DNA of 64,000 nucleotides from Candidatus Puniceispirillum sp. (GTDB lineage Bacteria; Electryoneota; RPQS01; DYHQ01): NCBI GenBank assembly GCA_020724065.1, contig DYHQ01000001.1, positions 26,782 to 90,781 of the forward strand, read 5' to 3'. Shown piece by piece: positions 49,101 to 57,449 of this stretch (position 1 is its first letter; each line of letters starts with the position of its first letter). The notes under the pieces were generated by a model. It saw only the letters and a program-made list of their open reading frames with translations, ran no database searches and was not told where the DNA came from. The position numbers and the translations under genes were made by a program.

Positions 49101-50027
49101 CATGAAGAAACCGCCCTTTACTATTGGTGTGATAATCCGAGCACTTCGTTTGAATATCGCCTTCCGGGAAACGCTATCTTTCGCGGAACGGCCACTGTGC
49201 AGAACGGCCATTTTTCGATCACTTTCCGTGTTCCGAAGGATGTGACCTTCGGTGGCTCGAATGCCAAGATCAGCTTGTATTACTATGGGAAAGATGCTCT
49301 GGGGGACTCCGCCGATGGAATCGGAGTCAGGGAAAACATCCCTATCGCTTCGACCGTCGGGAGCGAGTCGGACAGCCTGCCGCCTCAAATAAATGCGTGG
49401 CTGGAAACGCCGAGTTTCCAGGCAGGAGATCCTGTGAGTTCAAGTCCTTTGCTTCATGTGACCATCAGCGACTCCTTTGGAATTAACTTGAGCGGTGAGG
49501 TCGGACATAAGATTATTGCCCGGGTGGATGAATCGCTGTCGGAGGACTTAACCCCGTTCTTCAATTATGATCTTGACAGCCATGTTCGCGGGAGTTTGGA
49601 GAAGCGGCTCGGGCCTTTTTCGCAGGGAGAGCACCGCCTTGTCGTGGAAGCCTGGGACAGTTTTAATAATTTGGATCAGCAATCTCTTTCCTTTGTCGTG
49701 GGAGAGGAGGGAGCAGCCGGATTCGAGCTGCGGGATGTCTTGAACTGGCCCAATCCGATGAAGGACTTCACCCATTTCACCTATTTTCTGACTCAACCCG
49801 CGGCTGAAGTCACGATTAAGATATATACTCTGACGGGAAAGCATGTGTACACTCTGGACGATCTTGACGCGAGCTATGGATTTCGTAGCAACAACACGCG
49901 ACCGTGGGATGGCCGAGATGCGACAGGACATGAATTGGCCAATGGCGTCTATCTGTATCGAGTCATCGCGAAGACAGTGGCAGGTGTTCATTCAGAAAAA
50001 ACAGGGAAGTTGGTCATTTTGAGATAG
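46161..50027 (+). CDS. porU: PorU-like T9SS C-terminal signal peptidase / sortase (peptidase C25, gingipain fold) with its own CTD
   Basis: Signal peptide at MRYGWIVALLGLPLILFASA. The C25 catalytic region is YMGHGNPEVW (His) and FFVAATCSWGQFD (Cys). It has YLVLVGDGNYDYRN. The CTD is WPNPMKD...VTIKIYTLTGKHVYTLDD...GVYLYRVIAK...KLVILR. A PorV-like gene follows. The upstream 45975 to 46160 extension is treated as 5' UTR. Confidence 0.7.
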   Translation: MRYGWIVALLGLPLILFASALEIEVSNSTMCRFAYAPGPATVHADTVRAGALVREWMDTDETVAGGLRQPVRHVYVVLPPKAVPVLETGDLQTHWESGGLAAPDPTWPEMTGRATPESFAKLVEEFRWRDFRLAHIEIYPVREWGGGANLLERVRCTIQFVGGQISGQPPRDLQILSRLAVNGGIGATWWEAPVRRPERTSSTWPEGDLYKISVRETGLYRVSGEWLQSHGVNFIGQATRKLHLLGNGGHLLPRDFNRARDTLFVEDAIWVEDGGDGNFDPEDYFIFYGQGLKGFDYIDGDSYHLYELAHHSPYSQDNAYFVQYDANGPDGLRMPSLPAGSVGGQPVTGTRGRVVRDDDLFIFNTDAFSESGLVWFMATVAPGDVRSFVTTLPGVTDGSGRMKLDFKVRGSGSPKLTISVNDSILLENYYSEFAFEIAFSSGVLVPGSNNLTIENTGNQSTLLNFIEYDYARDLSSSGGELFFEAPTSTTGLYRYELPDLTAPHVIDITDPLHPRMGRSNIFVDSSWVDMPRQYYACSPERLRTAQWVGKDIHETEDYDILRRAGRQTDMIIIIPDEWFDMLAPLKTFHESHAEEPLTVIRVRLSDIYDEFAWGNSDPVAIRDFLHYAFANWRGSDGAQEAPRYLVLVGDGNYDYRNILLTSDHNWMPPWEKDGDCFDDFYSEFGGPLPNLYTGRLPVQSSTELQVTLDKITQYGGNPLYGPWKNTATFVADDEYKNGCKSGEHVHTEDSEEILKAVLPSYFTFKKIYEIFYPFRSSPTGGFKPDATRDLLECINRGTLIVNYMGHGNPEVWSDEQVFVSGRDSPLIENGRMLGFFVAATCSWGQFDTPLLRCHPEVLMAKFGAGAIGALAATRFTTPISNNALLIWFYDSLFEQRWPRTSLGEALFLSKGVSQSNSERYHLFGDPALRLATPEGSARVTQLSSDSLQALSLFTIEGEVLRDTVQLWEDFAGIVEARVYDHEETALYYWCDNPSTSFEYRLPGNAIFRGTATVQNGHFSITFRVPKDVTFGGSNAKISLYYYGKDALGDSADGIGVRENIPIASTVGSESDSLPPQINAWLETPSFQAGDPVSSSPLLHVTISDSFGINLSGEVGHKIIARVDESLSEDLTPFFNYDLDSHVRGSLEKRLGPFSQGEHRLVVEAWDSFNNLDQQSLSFVVGEEGAAGFELRDVLNWPNPMKDFTHFTYFLTQPAAEVTIKIYTLTGKHVYTLDDLDASYGFRSNNTRPWDGRDATGHELANGVYLYRVIAKTVAGVHSEKTGKLVILR

Positions 50028-50128
50028 ATGTCTGCTTCCGTCATTTCCAGTTGGGGATCGGGAAGCCGTTGGATTGTGATTTCTCACACCTACAGCAATG
50101 TATTATTTATTGATATTCGGAGGAGCTG

Positions 50129-51175
50129 ATGAAGCGATCAGTGTGTGTCATTCTCGGAGCGGCGCTCATCTTGACGGCCTTTCCGGCCTGGGCGGCGGGA
50201 GTGAGCCAGGCGACGATGCTCTTTTTGAAGATCGCGCCCGGCGGGCGGCCCACAGGAATGGGTGAAGCCTTTGTTGCGATGGCGGATGAGGCGACCGCCG
50301 TCTGGTGGAATCCGGCAGGCCTCGGATTTCAGCAACAGAAGCAGTTTACTGCAATGTACACTCGATGGTTGCCTCAGTTCAAACTCTCTGACCTTTACTA
50401 CAGCTATTTGGCCTATATCCATGATGTCCCCGAGTGGGGTACTTTCGGCACCAATGTCATCTTTCTGAATTTGGGTGAGACGGAACGGCGTGACGAGAGC
50501 AATCGCTCTTTGGGGACTTTCTCGAGCTTTGAGCTGGCAGTCTCCGGCGCCTATGGTGCAAAAGTCAATGAAGACCTCACCATGGGAGTGGGCCTGAAAC
50601 TCGTTTACTCCAATCTTTCTCCCTTTGGTGCGGGAGCTGAGAAGGGAACGGGACGCGCGACAGCCGTAGCCGCTGATATTGGAGTGCTCTATAAGGCGAC
50701 CTTCCTGCGGGGTCTTTCGATGGGCGCTTGTCTCTCAAACCTGGGACCCAAAGTGGCCTACATTGACCGGGCTCAGGCGGATCCACTGCCCACAAACCTG
50801 AAGATGGGCGTTGCCTATCATGTCATTAACCAGGAATTCAATAAACTGACGATTGCCACTGACCTGAACAAAGAGCTCGTCGTTCGGCATAGTGACGGAA
50901 CCTCCGATGAATTCTATGAGGCGATGTTCACATCATGGGGGGACGGCGACCTCGTCAAATCAACCATCTGGAATGTGGGTGCGGAATATTGGTACGGCAC
51001 TCTCGTTGGACTGCGCGCCGGTTATTGGAACGATGACTTGGGTAAAGTCTTTCCGATTACCTTTGGTGTCTCTCTGCAGTACAGCGTTTATCGCTTCGAC
51101 TTCAGTTATTTGAATGCGGGACAGAATCACCCGCTTTCGGATACAATGCGCTACTCGCTTTCCGTCGCCTTTTGA
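50129..51175 (+). CDS. porV: PorV/LptO-family outer-membrane beta-barrel, paralog 2 (partner of the PorU-like gene)
   Basis: Has a signal peptide and GGRPTGMGEAFVAMADEATAVWWNPAGL. The C-terminus is ...LSVAF. A GGAGGAG ribosome-binding site precedes the start. Confidence 0.7.
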   Translation: MKRSVCVILGAALILTAFPAWAAGVSQATMLFLKIAPGGRPTGMGEAFVAMADEATAVWWNPAGLGFQQQKQFTAMYTRWLPQFKLSDLYYSYLAYIHDVPEWGTFGTNVIFLNLGETERRDESNRSLGTFSSFELAVSGAYGAKVNEDLTMGVGLKLVYSNLSPFGAGAEKGTGRATAVAADIGVLYKATFLRGLSMGACLSNLGPKVAYIDRAQADPLPTNLKMGVAYHVINQEFNKLTIATDLNKELVVRHSDGTSDEFYEAMFTSWGDGDLVKSTIWNVGAEYWYGTLVGLRAGYWNDDLGKVFPITFGVSLQYSVYRFDFSYLNAGQNHPLSDTMRYSLSVAF

Positions 51176-51224
51176 CCGCTCTTGTGGGTGATGCGAGCCG
51201 TGGAGGATATTTCGACTGCACCTT

Positions 51225-54200
51225 TTGTTAGTCATACTTCTGCTTTGCCCCTGCGTCTGTCTTGCTGAGGGGCTAAAGCCGGCGCCGATGGCGATGGCTG
51301 CCCAGGCGGTGAGCGAGCGTTGGCCAGTGGGCGATACGGTGGATGTCTGCGCCATCCGTATTGAATTTGTGCCCGACCAGATGACGGGAACATTGGGAGA
51401 CGGCACGATGGGCTCGGCGTTCGAGACTGGTTTGCTGATTGATCCTCTTCCGCATGACCGTGCCTACTTCGAGGATCACCTTCTTTTTTTGCGGCACTAC
51501 TACCAGACTGTCTCGGAGAACAAGGTTCCATTCGGACGGTTGGATGTTTATCCCGTCGAGGAGGATAGTGTCTATCGCGCGGCCTATCCGATGTGGCACT
51601 ATAACTACAACATGGATGATGAGCTTTTGAATCGGCGACTGACGGAACTCTTTCTTGAGGCGCTGCAGCTTGCCGATAGCGCGGGGGTCAATTTCTCAGA
51701 CAATGACGCGGTCGTCGTTTTTCATGCGGGAGTCGGCAAGGATTTCAATATCGGCTATGACAGCACGCCCTTTGATTTGCCCTCTGCCTACATTGCTCCG
51801 GCTGATTTTCGCGCCTACTTGCCTGAGTATCCCAACGGATTTCTGACCAACGACGGAAAGCTCATAGACCGAGGACTCCTGCTTCCCGAAGGCGAGAGCC
51901 AAGAAGGATTCGAGCTCAGTGTGAACGGCGTCATGGTCAAGCTTTTTGGCAATTGGTTGGGACTGCCGGACCTTTTTGACACGCAAACGGGGCTCTCCGG
52001 CATCGGGCGGTGGGGAATGATGGATCAGGGCAGTGGCAATGTGTTCGCCCTCGTGCCAGCGATGCCGGAAGCGTGGTCTCGTGCCTACATGGGGTGGGTG
52101 ATCCCGGACACCATCTGGGCGTCTGCTCAAATCGAGACACTGCAGATTAAGCGGTTCGGAATAAGCACCGACGCGCCGGAAATGCTTCTGCTGCCCATCA
52201 CAGAAACTGAATGCTATCTGCTCGAGAGTCGAGCAGCCGACCCGGATTGCTTGGGTTATGTGGAGTGTCTCGACCGACAGGGACGACGCATGCGACTGAC
52301 TCTTGAAGGAGAAGCGACCCTTTTGGATGGCGCTTTTGGAGTTGTGACGGAGGTGCGCAATTACGATTTTGGCATTCCAGGCGCAGGGATTTTGATCTGG
52401 CACATTAACGAGACAAAGATTCAAGAAGGTCTTGCTGACAATACGGTCAATGCTGATCCTGAGCACCGAGGAGTGGATTTGGTGGAGGCGGACGGGGCGC
52501 AGGATATCGGCGAAGAGTATGGTTTTGGATTCGCGGGAGGCGGCACCGAATTGGGTGCACCCGAGGACGCTTGGTGGGACGATAACGACTATCACAAGCA
52601 AGCCAACGCAAATGCCTTTCAAGTCGTCTTCAATAACACGACCTTTCCCGCTGCTCGGACGGATGATTGGGCTTACAGTTGGCACGAACTCTCTCATTTT
52701 TCGCCGATTTCATCCACGATGAGTTTCAGAGTGAAGAATCGCACTCGTGTCGCCGGTTTTCCGATTGAAATTCCCTCTATGCTTGAGGACTCGCTCATTG
52801 TGTTTCCCGGAGATTTCAACGGAGACGGTCACTCGGAGCTGCTCGTTGCTGGACGCGATACCACGATTCTCATCATTGATTCAACAGCAACTCCTCGGCA
52901 GGTCGTTCTGCCCGTGTGGAACAACATGCGCGTCGTTGACCTTGACGGGGACGGTCAGGACGAATTACTTCTTGGAGGAAGTCGGCTCTATATCGTAAGA
53001 AATCTGATGGGACAGCCCGACATTGATTCGATGTATCGTGAACCAAGGAACGGTATTTACAATCACCTTTGTGCGGGTGTAGCTCCGGACAGTTCGCCTC
53101 GCATATTGGCTGTTTGGGAGCAAGATGAGCCCGGGAATGAATTTGCTTTTGGATTGGTTCTCTTTGACGGTGAGGCAAATCTCTTAGACGACACGCTGGA
53201 CTTTCCCAGTGATGCGATTTGGCAGGTAACCCGTGTTGTTGCCTTGGAGCCGCCGCCGAGTCATTCGTGGGCCATCGGGTATGAAGCCCCGGGGCGCAAT
53301 GAACTTCTGGTCATGGTCGGCCTGACGGATGAGATTGAAATCAAATGGAAGCAGGAAGGAAGCAACGGCTTGCGCCCATTGGCGTGTGTCGCCACGGAGG
53401 CAGAGACGCTGTTATGGTGCGAATCAGGTTGGCGAAACCGATGGACAGGTGAAATAGTCCGAGAGGCGAAGTGTTCTTTCAGCTATCAGATTCTTGACTG
53501 GGATGGGGATGGGACGCCCGAGACTATCAAAGATGGGCAAGCCTGCCACCTGGCGTTTGGTACACCGGTGGAAGAATTTCCATTGCGCGCGCCTGTTCAA
53601 TCCGTCGTTGCGGCTGATTTTGACGGCGACCGTTTGCCGGACCTGTTGGGAGACGACGGACAGTGGCACATTTTCCGGCACAGTCTGCGAGAACCTGCGG
53701 GTTTTCCCATGGCGCGTCTTGGAGAGTATCGCTTCATTTTTCATTGGGACAGTGAGGATTACCCCGAGGCAGCCGTGCTGACTTCCCCCTCTTATTTCCC
53801 TGATGGAACGAAGTGGTTGGACTTGCGGCGATTGGCTGTCGGAGGCGCGCCGGGGGAGCGAGAGATTTTTTGCGCTTATTCGGATCCAAGCCAATTCGAT
53901 CCGAATCCCACTTATTTCTATGTCGTCGAGCACGGGATCGGTTCTCAGGCTTATTCGCGCTCAGATTGGGTCTATGCGTGGCCGAACCCCACGAAGGATA
54001 TCAGCAATATCCGTTTGACTCTGCCCTTTCATGCTCAAGCGAACATTCGATTCTATGACATTGCGGGGCATTTGATTGATGAGTTGTCCGCTACCGTGAG
54101 TCCGGGTTATTCCGATGTGGCTTGGGATGTGTCCAGAGTCACTTCCGGTGTCTATATTGCGATGGTCGAAATCGTCGGCGATGGAAAGACCGAGCGCGCT

Positions 54201-54227
54201 CTGCTCAAGATTGCGGTGGTGAAGTGA
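51225..54227 (+). CDS. T9SS cargo protein with an M6 (immune-inhibitor-A-like) metallopeptidase-homology domain that lacks the HExxH zinc site, plus FG-GAP/VCBS-like repeats and a CTD
   Basis: The M6-like block is VVFHAGVGKD...KLFGNWLGLPDLFDTQTGLSGIGRWGMMDQGSGN. The FG-GAP-like segments are FNGDGHSELLVAG and VDLDGDGQDELLLGG. The CTD is WPNPTKD..IRFYDIAGHLIDEL..GVYIAMVEI...KIAVVK. The start is atypical: TTG, or CTG at 51216. Confidence 0.6.
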   Translation: MLVILLLCPCVCLAEGLKPAPMAMAAQAVSERWPVGDTVDVCAIRIEFVPDQMTGTLGDGTMGSAFETGLLIDPLPHDRAYFEDHLLFLRHYYQTVSENKVPFGRLDVYPVEEDSVYRAAYPMWHYNYNMDDELLNRRLTELFLEALQLADSAGVNFSDNDAVVVFHAGVGKDFNIGYDSTPFDLPSAYIAPADFRAYLPEYPNGFLTNDGKLIDRGLLLPEGESQEGFELSVNGVMVKLFGNWLGLPDLFDTQTGLSGIGRWGMMDQGSGNVFALVPAMPEAWSRAYMGWVIPDTIWASAQIETLQIKRFGISTDAPEMLLLPITETECYLLESRAADPDCLGYVECLDRQGRRMRLTLEGEATLLDGAFGVVTEVRNYDFGIPGAGILIWHINETKIQEGLADNTVNADPEHRGVDLVEADGAQDIGEEYGFGFAGGGTELGAPEDAWWDDNDYHKQANANAFQVVFNNTTFPAARTDDWAYSWHELSHFSPISSTMSFRVKNRTRVAGFPIEIPSMLEDSLIVFPGDFNGDGHSELLVAGRDTTILIIDSTATPRQVVLPVWNNMRVVDLDGDGQDELLLGGSRLYIVRNLMGQPDIDSMYREPRNGIYNHLCAGVAPDSSPRILAVWEQDEPGNEFAFGLVLFDGEANLLDDTLDFPSDAIWQVTRVVALEPPPSHSWAIGYEAPGRNELLVMVGLTDEIEIKWKQEGSNGLRPLACVATEAETLLWCESGWRNRWTGEIVREAKCSFSYQILDWDGDGTPETIKDGQACHLAFGTPVEEFPLRAPVQSVVAADFDGDRLPDLLGDDGQWHIFRHSLREPAGFPMARLGEYRFIFHWDSEDYPEAAVLTSPSYFPDGTKWLDLRRLAVGGAPGEREIFCAYSDPSQFDPNPTYFYVVEHGIGSQAYSRSDWVYAWPNPTKDISNIRLTLPFHAQANIRFYDIAGHLIDELSATVSPGYSDVAWDVSRVTSGVYIAMVEIVGDGKTERALLKIAVVK

Positions 54228-57200
54228 GTGCGAGGCTGATAGTCTTCTCTCGGTGGCAATGGAGCCTATGCCTCTTCATTCTGCTTTGGTTTGGGAGTTT
54301 TCCGGCAAAGGCTCGAGATCTTTACAATCATCCCGAGCTGAAATGGCGAAGTTTTGCCACAGAGCATTTTGTCATCTATTTCTCCGACGGTCTTGACAGT
54401 GTTGCGGCTCTGGCAGCCAAGATTGCCGAAGAGATTCATGAACCCCTTTGCGAGCTCTATGATTATCGCCCGGATGGGAAAGTCTCGCTGATTTTTCAGG
54501 ACACGGACGACATCTCGAATGCCGCCAGCTACTTTATGAACAACAAGATATTCTTCTGGGCGACGGCGATGGATTGGGACCTGCGCGGGACGCATCACTG
54601 GCTGCGCAATGTCATCACTCATGAGTACGGGCATATGATACAGCTTGGAGTGTCGCGCAAATGGTCACGACGGATTCCTGCCGGGTATTTTCAATGGATG
54701 GATTATGAGCCGGAGCGCCGTCCCGATGTTCTCTACGGCTATCCCAATCGTGTCGCGAGCTACCCCTATCCCGCTGTAACGATTCCCGCGTGGTTTGCGG
54801 AAGGTACGGCGCAGTTCCAATTGACCGGACGAACCTACGATTTCTGGGACAGCCATCGTGACATGCTACTGCGCTCGGCGACTCTTTCGAGTCGGCTTCT
54901 TTCGTATGAGGAAATGGGCTATTTCGGCAAGACATCCCTCGAAGCCGAGATGGTTTACAATCAGGGATTTTCTTTGACCAAGTACATTGCTGACCATGCG
55001 GGCGGCCCCGAAGCTCTCTCCAAAATCAGTGCGGCGATGAATTCGCCGTTCCCCATCACATTCAGTCGCGCTCTAAGAAAAACGACCGGCAAGTCGGGCG
55101 ACGAGTGGTATCGTCTGTGGAAAGGTCATCTTGAGCAAGAGTACGGCGCGTTGCAGAATCGAATCACCCCCACAGTCGTGGCCACGGATACGGTTCCTAC
55201 GACAGGCTCGGTCAATCTCTTCCCACGGCTTTCACCCGATGGCCGCTTAGTCGCTTTTATCTCCAATCAGGGTCGAGACTATGAGAGCCAGTCAAGTCTC
55301 TACTCATACGATGTGGAGACAAAAGGAGTAAAGAAGCTGGCGGGCAGTGTTCAGGGAGCGCTCTGCTGGCTGCCCGACGGCAAGGGAATTATCTTTTCTC
55401 GTCGAGCATTGAACAGTCAGACGGGGTCTCTGCAATTTGACCTGTATCTCTATCTCCTGGAGGAGGAGAAAGAGATTCGACTGACCAAAGGTCTTCGTGC
55501 TGAAGGCCCTGATTTGTCTCCTGACGGCAAGACCCTGGCTTTTACGATCAATGAAGGCGGCAATCGAGATCTGGCCTTGATGCCGATGCCCAGCGACTAT
55601 CTTTCCAAGAAACACAAACCGCTTTCCAACGATGCGGTAGTCTGCCGCTATCGGGGCTGCGCCGGTGTTCAATACTACCACCCTCGCTGGAGCCCTGACG
55701 GTCGGCGGTTGGTCGCTGCGTCCAGTGAAAGGGAAGGTCGAGATATTCACATTTTCGGTGTATCGTCCGGCGCCGATTCCCTCTGGCTGGAGAAGATCAT
55801 TCCAGGCCAAAATATGGAATTGCGGGATCCCACTTTCTGCGAGGACGGAAATCATCTTGCCACCGCCCACGACAAGAGTGGAATATCGAACATCTATCGA
55901 ATAGACCTTGAGACGGATGCGCGCGAGCCATTAACCTCCGTGGTTGGGGGGGCCTACTACCCCGATTTGCGAGAGGGTCGGCTTGCATTCTGTGATTTCA
56001 CGGGCCACGGGTTCAGGATTTGCGTCATTCATCATGTCGAACCTATCAAACTTCCCGCAGACCATCTTGACCATGAGACCTACGCTTCCCGGGTGCCCGA
56101 GCCGACCTATGACAATCGGTTTCAAGTGCCCGAGGTATCCTCCTACAAACCACGATTCGACAATCTCTACTGGTTCCCGCGGATCATGATTGACTACGGT
56201 ACGGTGAAACCCGGAACCTATGTTTGGCTCACGGACATCTTGGGCAAACTTGATTTCATCGGCGGATTTGCGATGAATAGCAAAAAGGATTATGATCTCT
56301 ACGGCCAAGTGGAATATCGTGTTTTCTATCCGACGATTTTTGCCGAAATCTTCAATATGCAACGCCGCTTGTCTCAGCACTTTGCAGATTCGACCCGCAT
56401 TATTGATGAGAGCGAGGGCGAGCCAATCTACGACCGCTATCGAATCCGTTATCGCTACAATTTGACCGAGGTGGATGCCGGTCTGAAGTGGCCACTGGGG
56501 AGATCTTCTTACTTGAAATTGACAGGCATCTATGATCGTTACACCGCTCATAATCGGTTTGACGACGGAACGGCTATAGCACTGACTTATTTCAAAGGAA
56601 TGTCGGCGCAGCTCGCCTATTACACCAATCAAGTGAGACGAGATGTGGATAGTCCGATCAATCCTTCGGCGGGCTACTACGGATTTCTGCGTTGCACGCG
56701 TGCCAACCAGAAATTCTTCACCGGTTTTCGCATTGACGCCGACAAGTTCATCCTGGTGGAAGTGTACGAACCGTACAACTATGACCTCTTTGAAGGCGGA
56801 TTCGAGAAGTACTTCTCGTTGCCTTTTGGCTCGCATGCGTTTGCTCTGCGTTTCCAAGGAGGCTGGATTGACAAAACGGTTGATCCTTTCTTCTATATCT
56901 TTGCGGGCGGCCTACCGGGGATGAGAGGTTATTCCTATTACAGTCTTGGCGGCGAGCGCATGGCGGTTGCCACCACAACCTACCGTTTTCCCATCATTAA
57001 GCGCGCAGGGTGGAATCTTTATCCTCTTTCAATCAATCGCATCTATGGAAATCTCTTTTGCGATGTCGGCGATGCGTGGGTGGGGGATTTTGAGAGCGGC
57101 CGCGTGAAGAAGGATGTGGGAGCGGGTCTGAGGATTCAAATGCACTCGTTCTACTCCTATCCTACAGCGCTGTCCGTGGATGTTGCCTATGGTTTTGACC

Positions 57201-57328
57201 GATTCACGCATAAGGAAGAGGATTTTGAAGCAACCTACGGCAAAGAATGGCGCTATTATGTGACTGTGTTGTTTGATTTCTACAATCCTTTCACGGAGGG
57301 AATTGCGGAGGGCATTTCCCTCAAATGA
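54224..57328 (+). CDS. Outer-membrane fusion protein: MA-clan zinc metallopeptidase domain (HEYGH), TolB-like beta-propeller, Omp85/BamA-like C-terminal barrel
   Basis: GTG start with a signal peptide (SARLIVFSRWQWSLCLFILLWFGSFPAKA). It overlaps the upstream stop (GTGA). The peptidase motif is NVITHEYGHMIQ with a downstream WFAEGTAQF. The propeller has repeated SPDG repeats (LSPDGRLVAF, LSPDGKTLAF, WSPDGRRLVA). The C-terminus has the Omp85-like GAGLRIQ....SVDVAYGF...FDFYNPF. Confidence 0.5.
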   Translation: MSARLIVFSRWQWSLCLFILLWFGSFPAKARDLYNHPELKWRSFATEHFVIYFSDGLDSVAALAAKIAEEIHEPLCELYDYRPDGKVSLIFQDTDDISNAASYFMNNKIFFWATAMDWDLRGTHHWLRNVITHEYGHMIQLGVSRKWSRRIPAGYFQWMDYEPERRPDVLYGYPNRVASYPYPAVTIPAWFAEGTAQFQLTGRTYDFWDSHRDMLLRSATLSSRLLSYEEMGYFGKTSLEAEMVYNQGFSLTKYIADHAGGPEALSKISAAMNSPFPITFSRALRKTTGKSGDEWYRLWKGHLEQEYGALQNRITPTVVATDTVPTTGSVNLFPRLSPDGRLVAFISNQGRDYESQSSLYSYDVETKGVKKLAGSVQGALCWLPDGKGIIFSRRALNSQTGSLQFDLYLYLLEEEKEIRLTKGLRAEGPDLSPDGKTLAFTINEGGNRDLALMPMPSDYLSKKHKPLSNDAVVCRYRGCAGVQYYHPRWSPDGRRLVAASSEREGRDIHIFGVSSGADSLWLEKIIPGQNMELRDPTFCEDGNHLATAHDKSGISNIYRIDLETDAREPLTSVVGGAYYPDLREGRLAFCDFTGHGFRICVIHHVEPIKLPADHLDHETYASRVPEPTYDNRFQVPEVSSYKPRFDNLYWFPRIMIDYGTVKPGTYVWLTDILGKLDFIGGFAMNSKKDYDLYGQVEYRVFYPTIFAEIFNMQRRLSQHFADSTRIIDESEGEPIYDRYRIRYRYNLTEVDAGLKWPLGRSSYLKLTGIYDRYTAHNRFDDGTAIALTYFKGMSAQLAYYTNQVRRDVDSPINPSAGYYGFLRCTRANQKFFTGFRIDADKFILVEVYEPYNYDLFEGGFEKYFSLPFGSHAFALRFQGGWIDKTVDPFFYIFAGGLPGMRGYSYYSLGGERMAVATTTYRFPIIKRAGWNLYPLSINRIYGNLFCDVGDAWVGDFESGRVKKDVGAGLRIQMHSFYSYPTALSVDVAYGFDRFTHKEEDFEATYGKEWRYYVTVLFDFYNPFTEGIAEGISLK

Positions 57329-57449
57329 GAGAGTCTCTTCCAGATGTCCTCCCCACCGAGGACGGCGGGGGCTAGTGGAAAGAAGCGCAGAGGGTGCGGG
57401 CATCGCAAAATAGAAATATTGAAATAGAGAAAATAAGGAGGATAGGATT

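Noticed and set aside
52683-52697. An HELSH (HExxH) motif in the M6-like cargo protein
   Set aside because: It lies about 240 residues past the M6 homology block, lacks the GxxD third-ligand context, and sits in a region with no protease-fold features. It is considered coincidental.
54122-54223. The upstream start of the fusion outer-membrane protein ORF (54122), which overlaps the preceding gene by 106 nt
   Set aside because: The region encodes a Cys/Arg-rich non-signal sequence. A GTG at 54224 gives a canonical signal peptide and a 4-nt overlap typical of coupled genes.
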